This document shows positions 25,767 through 32,397 of a stretch of DNA of 32,397 nucleotides, in pieces. A program made the position numbers and the translations under genes. Source of the DNA: a virus (taxonomy: Duplodnaviria > Heunggongvirae > Uroviricota > Caudoviricetes); IMG/VR virus record IMGVR_UViG_3300044551_000118; one strand, 5' to 3'. Each line of letters starts with the position of its first letter. Position 1 is the stretch's first letter. Under the pieces are notes generated by a model, which had not been told where the DNA came from, did no database searches, and saw only the letters and a program-made list of their open reading frames with translations.

Positions 25767-26636
25767 ATGCAACATCTGAGCCATGACATGCGCGACGAGC
25801 TGGACGCGCGGGTGAGAGCCATCGACTGGACTGACGCCGCGTGCGAGTACGACAGCCCCGAGCGCCATCTCGTCGCATCCTGGGCGGCGCAGAGCGATCT
25901 GGTGCCCTCCGCCCTGGGCCGGCTCTTCCCCGACGATCAGCAGCGCGAGCGGATGATCGAGTACACGATGGTGCGCGTCGTGGAGAAGATCCTGGGCGTG
26001 GCGATCGAGTCGAAGAGCGCCCAGTGGAACTGGGGCAACCTCTGGGACCCGCGCGAGGACACGTCCTTCTGCGGCTGGTGCCGGCGCCTGGCCTACTCGG
26101 TGGCGCGCACGAACGCAGGCCGCGTGCTTCACCCGAAGACGGTGAACGGCTCGGGCATGGAGAACGACGACGGGTACAACCCCGCATGGGACTCCAAGGA
26201 TTCCAAGCCGCTCATGACGGTGGCCCCGGACGAGCTGTTCGCCGAGCATCCCGATCTGGCGGTGCCGCGACCGGTGGGCGGCTCGCGCGAGCGCATGGAT
26301 GCGCTGCTGCGACTGAACGGCCCGGCGCGCACCCTGAGGTGGCTGCGCCGCTGCGGGTACTGGGACGCGTCGATGGACGGACTCGACCCGGACGTGGCAT
26401 TGGCGCTGCTCTCCGCCCCCGTGCCGCGAGCCCGCGCCAAGCAGCTGCCGCTGCTCTTCGCAGGACGCGAGCGCATGGCGGAGCTATACGCGCGCACGCA
26501 GACCGCGAAGCCGGACCAGCGCCACCTGGTCGAGCTGCGCCGCGAGGTCACCGCTGCGGCGCGGGAGAACGGCGAGCGGGAATGGCATGTGTGGACGCGC
26601 CTGGGCACCGCGGCCGCGCAGTTGGCGTCAGTATGA
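25767..26636 (+). CDS. Divergent sigma-70 region-2-like protein, candidate element-encoded sigma factor (289 aa)
   Basis: ERMIEYTMVRVVEKI...WDPREDTSFCGWCRRLAYSVARTNAGR resembles the ECF region-2 pattern DLxQExFL...FDPxxGxSFxTWLxxIAxN. No obvious region-4 HTH. CGCATA 9 nt before the ATG. Confidence 0.45.
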   Translation: MQHLSHDMRDELDARVRAIDWTDAACEYDSPERHLVASWAAQSDLVPSALGRLFPDDQQRERMIEYTMVRVVEKILGVAIESKSAQWNWGNLWDPREDTSFCGWCRRLAYSVARTNAGRVLHPKTVNGSGMENDDGYNPAWDSKDSKPLMTVAPDELFAEHPDLAVPRPVGGSRERMDALLRLNGPARTLRWLRRCGYWDASMDGLDPDVALALLSAPVPRARAKQLPLLFAGRERMAELYARTQTAKPDQRHLVELRREVTAAARENGEREWHVWTRLGTAAAQLASV

Positions 26637-27035
26637 CGATGTTCTGAACGCGGGCCATGGCGACGGCGCCGCCAGCTCGAAGCCCAGATCGAGGCCGACT
26701 GCGAGGCACCACGCGGCGAAGCGCGCGCCTCCCGTGCGTCCGTCGAGCAGCCATCCCATGTCGGCTTTCGCGGGATTGACTTCCGTTTCGCACCATGTCG
26801 CCGCCCGTTCGATGCGCCGGAGCGCGGCGATCCGACCGGTGCCGAAGATCGCCTGATCGGCCATCCACACGTGCAATGAGAGCAGCGCGGGGTCCGCCAT
26901 GCATCCCTCGACTAGCCGGGGCAGGCAGCGCGAGCCGTCGCTCGCGGACAGCGCGCGCAGTTCGGCGAGCATCGCTCCGCGCCGCGCGGCTGCGGCGGAT
27001 CGCGCCGCCGCCGCGTCTACTTGCGATGGAACCAT
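26628..27035 (-). CDS. Putative mIHF-like (H2TH) DNA-binding protein (135 aa)
   Basis: Real start is probably ATG 27035. AAAARRGAML...DPALLSLHVWMADQAIFGTGRIAALRRIER resembles actinobacterial IHF AAAARRERA...KMKVSALLESLPGVGKVRAKQIMER. Confidence 0.5.
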   Translation of the reverse strand: MVPSQVDAAAARSAAAARRGAMLAELRALSASDGSRCLPRLVEGCMADPALLSLHVWMADQAIFGTGRIAALRRIERAATWCETEVNPAKADMGWLLDGRTGGARFAAWCLAVGLDLGFELAAPSPWPAFRTSSY

Positions 27036-27802
27036 GAGCGCTTCTCGGGTGCCTTGAAGTCGTCGCGCCGTCCGCCCGCGAACACGGCGGCGCGCCGCAG
27101 CCAGTCGGGCTCGGCGCCCGCGTCGTAGCCGGGCCTGCGCGCGTCGAGCATCTTCGCGGATGCCTCGTCCCACACGTCCGAGCCGCCCCACATGCCCATG
27201 CCGTCGAGCAGACGCTCCCAGCTCTGGTCGGAGTGGGGCTTCAGCACTCCCGGCACCTGGGCGACGACCAACGTCTGGCTCGGTCGGCGGATGGCGTCCA
27301 GGGCCGCGAGCCCGTCGTCGAGCTGGGAGCCGGTCTGGCCTATCTTGAAGACGATGCGGGCGCCGCCCGACTGCACGAACGGGCGCATGACGCCGCCTGC
27401 GAACGTGGCGGGGTCGTTCCATGTGGAGCCGTCGACGCGGTCGGCGTCCACTATCACGATGTCGCACGCGCCGCGGAGCGCCACGAGCGAGGAGCCGTAC
27501 AGGTCGTTGATGCCGGGCGCGCGCGGCTCCAGAGGGCCGGGGAGCAGTGCGAAGGACGCTCCCGTGCCGCCGGCGCCGGGGCGGATCCATGCGGCCTTGA
27601 GTCCCTTCACCGCGGCGCGCTCCAGCCCCGCGCTGTCGCCCAGTGCGAGGAAGGCGCGCTGGGACTGCTGGCCCGGATTGCCGTCGACGAGCACGGTGCG
27701 AAGGCGCGTGCGCCCCAGCGCCTCGGCCACAGCCCGCGCGCTGGAACTCTTGCCCAGCCCGCCTGAGCCGCCTGTGAAGAATGTGATGGGAGCGCTTGTC
27801 AT
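27017..27802 (-). CDS. ParA/MinD/CpaE-family P-loop ATPase (261 aa)
   Basis: GGSGGLGKSS Walker A, VLVDGN A' and IVIVDAD Walker B. No SD; CGCATA 10 nt before the ATG. Confidence 0.8.
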   Translation of the reverse strand: MTSAPITFFTGGSGGLGKSSSARAVAEALGRTRLRTVLVDGNPGQQSQRAFLALGDSAGLERAAVKGLKAAWIRPGAGGTGASFALLPGPLEPRAPGINDLYGSSLVALRGACDIVIVDADRVDGSTWNDPATFAGGVMRPFVQSGGARIVFKIGQTGSQLDDGLAALDAIRRPSQTLVVAQVPGVLKPHSDQSWERLLDGMGMWGGSDVWDEASAKMLDARRPGYDAGAEPDWLRRAAVFAGGRRDDFKAPEKRSWFHRK

Positions 27803-27865
27803 GCGCTTGGCCTATGCGCCTGTAAAACCCCGTTATGCGCTCGTGCGTGGTTTGGACCCCTTGAT

Positions 27866-28640
27866 GGGATTATTGATTTATTGTTTATGTTTGATTTCAT
27901 GTCTGTTTGTTGCTGATTTGCTGTTCGTGCTGATTGTCTGTTTATGCTGTTTGATTTGTTCATGCTGTCTCTGTCTGTGCTGTCTATGTCTGTGCTGTCT
28001 ATTTTTGATTCGTTCGTTTTATGCCGTCTGTTGCTGTATTGCGTCTATGTGTTTCGTTTGTTGATTGCTTACGTGTGTTATGTGCGTTTCTGTTTGTTGA
28101 TTGCTTACGTGTGTAGTGGGAGATTTTTTCTTTTTGGCTTGTGCTTGCTTTGGCTAGGTATGTATCTGTTTGTTGATTGCTTGCTTTGGCTTTCCATGTT
28201 GAAGTGTGTTTTTGCTTGTGTGTGTTCTGTATTGGCTGTCTGTCTTTGCTCGGCTTTGGCTAGGTATGTATCTGTTTGTTTTTGCTTGCTTTGGTTTAGG
28301 TTATGTATGTTGCGTTTTCGATTGCTTGCGTTTGGTTAGGTTGATTATGTTGCGTTTGTCTTTGCTTGCCTTGGTTTAGGTTATGTATGTTGTGTTTGTC
28401 ATTGCTTGCTTTGGGTATGCTGCTTGCGTTGTTCCTTAAGTGTGCTGATGTTCTTCTTTAGGTATGTGCTTGAGATTGATCTTGAGGTTGTCTTCTGGAG
28501 TTCTCTGTGTTCTTCTTTATGAGGTTTTCTTTGAGCGTCTTTCTTTGCGTTCGTTTCTTTTTAGGTTTGCCAAGGGTGCTTTCGTTTTAGGGTTGCCAGG
28601 GGTGTTTTCTTTTCCTCTTCGCTTTCCGTTTGCGTTCGTG
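27866..28640. repeat. Non-coding, low-GC, extremely T/G-skewed tract with nested direct repeats (candidate centromere, iterons or oriT region)
   Basis: 23-bp exact pair at 28056-28078 and 28092-28114; 28-bp exact pair at 28147-28174 and 28253-28280; 32-bp pair at 28281-28312 and 28361-28392 with a degenerate copy between them; TGCTTGC core recurs about 7 times. Confidence 0.85.
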
Positions 28641-28819
28641 TTCGGCTTCCCGGCTAGCGCCGCATGCCATGCGCCCTTGCCGGGCGCGCGGGGCTTTTCG
28701 CTTCGCTTCTTCTTTCCGTTTTCGTCTGATTCTTCGCGCACGGCGTCCGCGTGACGCATAGTGCATCTCATGGACGCGCGGAGATGCCGTGCGCCGTCAA
28801 AGCGAAAGGAAGAGGCATC

Positions 28820-29416
28820 ATGTCCTTCTTCGATGGAAACGATCAGAGCTATGGCGAGGGCGTCCGGGATGAGGGCGTCGCGCCCGTCTCCTCGCTGTCC
28901 GACCTGGCCCAGGATGCGCCGAACGAGGATGCGCCTGCTGCAGAGCCGGTGGCCCAGGATGCGCGGGCTGCAGAGCCTGCGCCCGTCAAGCCGAAGCGCG
29001 CGCGCTCCTCGCGGCCCCGTGCGAAGAAATCCGATGGCGTGAGCGTCAGGGATGTGCGCGAGGTGCTGGACGCCCGCGCGAGGCTCGATGATCCGCGTCT
29101 TCGCGCCGCGCTGTCGGCGGTCTCCTCGGGCGATGACGATGCGTCGCTGGTCGTGGCGTACCTGGGCGGCGCGCTCAAGTCTGCGGGCGCTCTGCTCGTC
29201 GCGGCGCACGATGCCGAGAGCGAGGTGGCGCGCTCGTTCGCGCTCTTCCGCGCGGTGGACGCCGACGCCGCATCCGTGAAGACCGCCGCGAAGGTCGCGG
29301 TCGCGCTCGACGCTTCGCTTGCCGAGGCGCTGGATGTCTCCTCCGGCAGGCCGCTCGACCTGGCCGAGGCGCTGGCGCGCGTGGTCGGCTCGCTCGACGT
29401 GGAAGCGCTGAGGTAG
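28820..29416 (+). CDS. Hypothetical protein (198 aa) with acidic/Pro N-terminus and helical C-terminus
   Basis: SD GAAAGGAAGAGG before ATG 28820; typical codon bias. Confidence 0.75.
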   Translation: MSFFDGNDQSYGEGVRDEGVAPVSSLSDLAQDAPNEDAPAAEPVAQDARAAEPAPVKPKRARSSRPRAKKSDGVSVRDVREVLDARARLDDPRLRAALSAVSSGDDDASLVVAYLGGALKSAGALLVAAHDAESEVARSFALFRAVDADAASVKTAAKVAVALDASLAEALDVSSGRPLDLAEALARVVGSLDVEALR

Positions 29417-29419
29417 CCC

Positions 29420-29722
29420 TTGCTTCCCATGATGATGACCCGCGCCCAGGTCGCCGCGCTGCTGCACGTGCCCGAGCGCTTCGTCAGACTGCTCGTCGAG
29501 CGCCATGTGCTTGAGGCTCCGGGCGAGGACGGCTTCTCCGTGGCGTCGGTGCAGCGCTCGCGCGCGCAGCGCCCGTGGCTCAACGATCTCGCCACGCCGA
29601 TGAGCGACGGCGAGCTCTCGCGCATCGACTCGCGGCTGCATGTGCCCGACGGCATGGGCGCGGACATGGCGGGCCGGCGCTACGCGCCGCTCTGGCAGGT
29701 GCTCGACCGGCTCTGGCCGTGA
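29420..29722 (+). CDS. Excisionase/Xis-like (HTH_17, MerR-type) DNA-binding protein (about 100 aa)
   Basis: MMTRAQVAALLHVPERFVRLLVERHVL is a typical Xis-like HTH start. Confidence 0.6.
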   Translation: MLPMMMTRAQVAALLHVPERFVRLLVERHVLEAPGEDGFSVASVQRSRAQRPWLNDLATPMSDGELSRIDSRLHVPDGMGADMAGRRYAPLWQVLDRLWP

Positions 29723-29793
29723 GGCGCATCGGACGCATACGCGATGGCGCTCCGGCAGATCGCCGGAGCAAGTAGTGTGTCGCAATAAATCAG

Positions 29794-29840
29794 CAGCGCC
29801 CCCGAGCGGAAATCCCTCCGCCCGGGGGCGCTGTGTTTTT
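29794..29840 (+). terminator. Intrinsic terminator
   Basis: CAGCGCCCCCG...CGGGGGCGCTG followed by TGTTTTT. Confidence 0.7.
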
Positions 29841-29894
29841 CCGACGCATGTCTTTCGTATACATATCGGTCGGAACGGAAAGAGGGCATTGGCA

Positions 29895-30143
29895 ATGGAG
29901 AGCGAACAGGCGCGGTCGATCGTCGGACTGCTGCATGACGCGGGCGTGTGCGCCTACGTCGACGGCGAGCTGGGCATCGTGAACGCATGGGTCAACGGGC
30001 ATCCCGGGCGCCATATCGAGATAGGCGATGCGGGGGTGGAGCGCTGGCAGGGCGTGTTCTACAGCCAGCTCGCGCTCGACGGAGCGTTCGATCGCCGTGA
30101 TGCCGCCGAGTGCTTCGCGTGGCTGGCGGCCTCGCATGAGTGA
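29895..30143 (+). CDS. Hypothetical protein (82 aa)
   Basis: GAAAGAGGG RBS before ATG 29895; overlaps the start of the next gene. Confidence 0.7.
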   Translation: MESEQARSIVGLLHDAGVCAYVDGELGIVNAWVNGHPGRHIEIGDAGVERWQGVFYSQLALDGAFDRRDAAECFAWLAASHE

Positions 30144-32166
30144 GCCGGTGCTGACGTTCACGCGCGACGGCTTCGCGCACGTCGAGGGCGTGCGCCGCCC
30201 GAAGCGCGCGTCGTTCTCGGCGCTCGACAAGTGGCGCGACTGCCCCGGGCGCTGGATAGGCGAAAAGAAGTTCCCCAAGCCGCTTGGCTGGGCGAACCCG
30301 ATGACGCTGGGCGGCATCGTGCACGCCGCGCTGGAATTGGCGACGCTCGCGCCGGATGCCGAGCCCGACTGGGAGCGCCTGTGCCTGGACGGCATCGGCG
30401 TGGAGCGTGAACGGGTGCGCCGCCGCGGCTGGGGCGGGCCCGTGCTCCCGGAGGATGTGGCGATGCCCGACGGCGTCATCCCCTCCGACGCGGACTGGGC
30501 GCATGAGGCCGCGAAGAAGCTCGAAGGCTTCCGGCTCTCCGATGCGCTCGGGCGTCCGCTGCGCCCCGCGGCGCGCGAGCAGGAGCTGGAGGCCGAGCTG
30601 TGGGGCTCCATCCCCATGTTCGGCTCCATCGACTACCGCGACGCGGACGGCTCCGTGGTCGACTGGAAGACGGGCAAGGTGCCGCGCTTCAAGGACGGCG
30701 CCGAGCGCCACGCCGACCAGCTGCGCACGTACAAGGCGCTGCTCGAAGCCCGCGGCATCGTCGAGGTAAGCCACGCGCGCGACGTGTACGTGGAGCACTC
30801 GCAGTGGGTCGAGGCCGACCTCTCGAAGGACGCGATGGCGCACACCGGCGCGACGTTCAAGCGCGCGTGGGACGGCATCGTTCAGGCCACCGGGCGCGAC
30901 GGCGACGGCATGTACCGGCTCAATCCCGGCCCCCGGTGCGGCTGGTGCCCGCTGGCCGGCGCGTGCCCGCTGGCGCAGTTGCGCGGCGCGAAGTCGCTGG
31001 CCGCCGCGGCGGATTCCGTACAGGGCGACGACCCACGCATCGCGTACGAGGATGCCGCGGCCCGCCCGATCGCGCGCGGGAGCGACGACGGGCAGCCGGA
31101 GACGAAGGCGGGCGACGACGGCTTCAGGCCGACGCATCCGAGGGAGAAGACGAACGACAAGGAGAATGACATGGCAAACACGGATGATCTTCTGAGCATG
31201 CTGCTCGATGCGAGCGCGGCCCCCGCGCCCGACCGCAAGCCGAGGAAGAGCGCGGCCGCCGCGGCTGCGGACAACGCGAAGCGCAACCCCGACCCGTGGG
31301 AGAGCGAGGCGGGGCGCGACGCGATGGCGACGTGGGGCATCAGGCCCGAGGCTCCCGCGCCCGTGCAGGAGAGCGCTCCCGCGTTCGTCGAGGCAGCGGA
31401 GTTCGCGCCGAAGCGGCAGGTGAGGTCGCCGCGCCACGAGGAGAGGCGCGGCGAGGACCCGTGGGTGACGGTAGACGGAAAGGACGTGCCCAAGGCGCAG
31501 CCGGAGAGCGCGCCCGCATCGGAGAAGAGCGACCCGTGGTCGGCTCCCGCCGCGCCGAGGGACGACTGGACGCGCGCCGAGGAACGCGCGAAGGAAGCGC
31601 CGGGGGCCGAGCCGAAGCCCGCTCCCACCGCGCCGAGAGAGACGCCCGGGGCCGAGCCGAAGCCTGCTCCCGCCGCGCCGAGAGAGACGCCCCGGGCCGA
31701 GCCGAAGCCTGCTCCGGCACCCGCGTTCAAGCTCTCGCAAGGCCGTCCCTACGACCCCACGGACAACGGCAAGGGGTACATCAACACGGCGGGCTACGGC
31801 TTCGCGCATCTGCTCTCGACGTACGCGAAGGCGGCGCTCATGGTCGGCGCGAAGAGCGAGGACACGGGTGTGATAGCCGCAGCCCTGCTGCGCGCCCAGT
31901 GGGTCGCGGGTCGCGCCGCGTTCGGCGCCGCCGTGCCGGACGTGCCGGGCCTCATGGACGGCAGGCCCGAGCGCCATGCGCTCTTCATGTGGCTGGACGC
32001 GGCCCTGTGCCGCGATGCCGACCGCGCGCTGCGCGCGATGATGGATGACGATCCGAACCTGAAGCCCGAGGCGGCGCTTGGCGCGGACGAGACGGTGCGG
32101 CGCATCAACCTGTCGGCCCGGCGCGCGGGCGAGGCGCTGGGCGCCGCGATGGCATCGCTGCGCTAG
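30136..32166 (+). CDS. Cas4/AddB/RecB-like PD-(D/E)XK nuclease with an Fe-S staple and a long C-terminal extension (676 aa)
   Basis: SFSALDKWRDCP, GGIVHAALE, REQEL, GSIDY, VVDWKTG, QLRTY and CGWCPLAGAC, giving four Cys in the Cas4/AddB arrangement. Confidence 0.85.
   Translation: MSEPVLTFTRDGFAHVEGVRRPKRASFSALDKWRDCPGRWIGEKKFPKPLGWANPMTLGGIVHAALELATLAPDAEPDWERLCLDGIGVERERVRRRGWGGPVLPEDVAMPDGVIPSDADWAHEAAKKLEGFRLSDALGRPLRPAAREQELEAELWGSIPMFGSIDYRDADGSVVDWKTGKVPRFKDGAERHADQLRTYKALLEARGIVEVSHARDVYVEHSQWVEADLSKDAMAHTGATFKRAWDGIVQATGRDGDGMYRLNPGPRCGWCPLAGACPLAQLRGAKSLAAAADSVQGDDPRIAYEDAAARPIARGSDDGQPETKAGDDGFRPTHPREKTNDKENDMANTDDLLSMLLDASAAPAPDRKPRKSAAAAAADNAKRNPDPWESEAGRDAMATWGIRPEAPAPVQESAPAFVEAAEFAPKRQVRSPRHEERRGEDPWVTVDGKDVPKAQPESAPASEKSDPWSAPAAPRDDWTRAEERAKEAPGAEPKPAPTAPRETPGAEPKPAPAAPRETPRAEPKPAPAPAFKLSQGRPYDPTDNGKGYINTAGYGFAHLLSTYAKAALMVGAKSEDTGVIAAALLRAQWVAGRAAFGAAVPDVPGLMDGRPERHALFMWLDAALCRDADRALRAMMDDDPNLKPEAALGADETVRRINLSARRAGEALGAAMASLR
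31171..32166 (+). CDS. Probable nested in-frame gene: separately initiated C-terminal protein (331 aa)
   Basis: AAGGAG at 31159-31164, 6 nt before the in-frame ATG 31171, exactly where the nuclease domain and linker end. Confidence 0.5.
   Translation: MANTDDLLSMLLDASAAPAPDRKPRKSAAAAAADNAKRNPDPWESEAGRDAMATWGIRPEAPAPVQESAPAFVEAAEFAPKRQVRSPRHEERRGEDPWVTVDGKDVPKAQPESAPASEKSDPWSAPAAPRDDWTRAEERAKEAPGAEPKPAPTAPRETPGAEPKPAPAAPRETPRAEPKPAPAPAFKLSQGRPYDPTDNGKGYINTAGYGFAHLLSTYAKAALMVGAKSEDTGVIAAALLRAQWVAGRAAFGAAVPDVPGLMDGRPERHALFMWLDAALCRDADRALRAMMDDDPNLKPEAALGADETVRRINLSARRAGEALGAAMASLR
31600..31713 (+). repeat. In-frame 45-bp tandem repeat (PGAEPKPAPxAPRET), about 2.5 copies
   Basis: Read directly from the sequence. 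Confidence 0.85.
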
Positions 32167-32256
32167 GCGCCTCGCACTTCCCCCCATTCGCCGAGAGGCT
32201 GGGGGGGGGTGCATGTACGCTACGTAACAAGACATCAGAGGGAGAGGAGAATCGCC

Positions 32257-32397
32257 ATGAAGAAGGACGGAAGGCCCACGCAGGAGGAGCTGCGCATCGC
32301 CCGGGAGATTACCCGGCGGCGCAATCGCATCGCGGATGACATGGTGCGCTCCCTTGTTCGGAATCTCCGTGACCAGCGCAAGCAAGTCTCGATCTGA
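32257..32397 (+). CDS. Small basic hypothetical protein (46 aa)
   Basis: SD GAGGAG before ATG 32257; stop codon at the window end. Confidence 0.65.
   Translation: MKKDGRPTQEELRIAREITRRRNRIADDMVRSLVRNLRDQRKQVSI

Larger units (their letters stand above)
1..32397. mobile_element. Segment of a conjugative plasmid or ICE from a high-GC host, probably Actinomycetota
   Basis: Contains VirB6/TrbL-like, VirD4-like, DUF2637, ParA-like, primase-helicase, SSB, beta-clamp and Xis-like genes and no housekeeping operons. Boundaries, integrase and relaxase are not in the window. Confidence 0.8.

Noticed and set aside
27944-28339. Cys/Leu/Val-rich plus-strand ORF in the T-rich tract
   Set aside because: Composition is a direct result of T/G skew and repeats; no RBS and atypical codons.
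28517-28759. Lys-rich small ORF on the minus strand
   Set aside because: Explained by the A-rich strand of the skewed tract; no RBS and atypical codon usage.
11197-29850. GACGCATG/GACGCATT variants (e.g. near 11198, 11742, 13590, 22148, 29842) as extra CGCATA promoters
   Set aside because: They lack the A at the presumed -11 position and such GC-rich words arise easily by chance; not counted.
30136-31000. Cas4 as part of a CRISPR adaptation module
   Set aside because: No cas1 or cas2 adjacent and 18 kb from the repeat; PD-(D/E)XK Fe-S nucleases are common alone on MGEs.
17391-32209. Poly-G tracts (G8 at 17391-17398, G9 at 32201-32209) as phase-variation switches
   Set aside because: Short, intergenic and not clearly inside a promoter spacer; would need read-level length heterogeneity.

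Overview
The whole window looks like part of one high-GC, probably actinobacterial, conjugative plasmid or ICE. I found no integrase, relaxase, transposase, phage structural gene, tRNA or rRNA. Modules from left to right: (1) three tandem paralogous lipoproteins, divergent from a very large VirB6/TrbL-like membrane protein; (2) a membrane-anchored HNH nuclease and a secreted sortase-fold protein; (3) a DUF2815/Enc34-type SSB; (4) a small accessory island carrying a solitary type I-C CRISPR repeat followed by a 28-nt pseudo-spacer and a 22-bp hairpin (candidate RNA anti-CRISPR); (5) a helicase-primpol replicase with reversed domain order, next to two 178-bp direct repeats (candidate origin) that flank a tandem RusA-like gene; (6) an acidic FWG-repeat membrane protein, DUF4192- and DUF2637-like genes and a beta-clamp; (7) a VirD4-like coupling ATPase and a divergent sigma-70 region-2-like protein; (8) an mIHF-like protein, a ParA/MinD-like ATPase and a strongly T-rich repeat tract; (9) an Xis-like HTH and a Cas4/AddB-like Fe-S nuclease with a nested internal start. 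The two most interesting signals are the solitary CRISPR repeat and a recurring CGCATA motif. In eight SD-less genes this motif (one copy GGCATA) ends 8-10 nt before the start codon, which puts its TA at about -12/-11 with no -7 T. That suggests an element-specific leaderless promoter class, possibly read by the element's own sigma-like protein. All family calls come from visual motif recognition; no searches were run.
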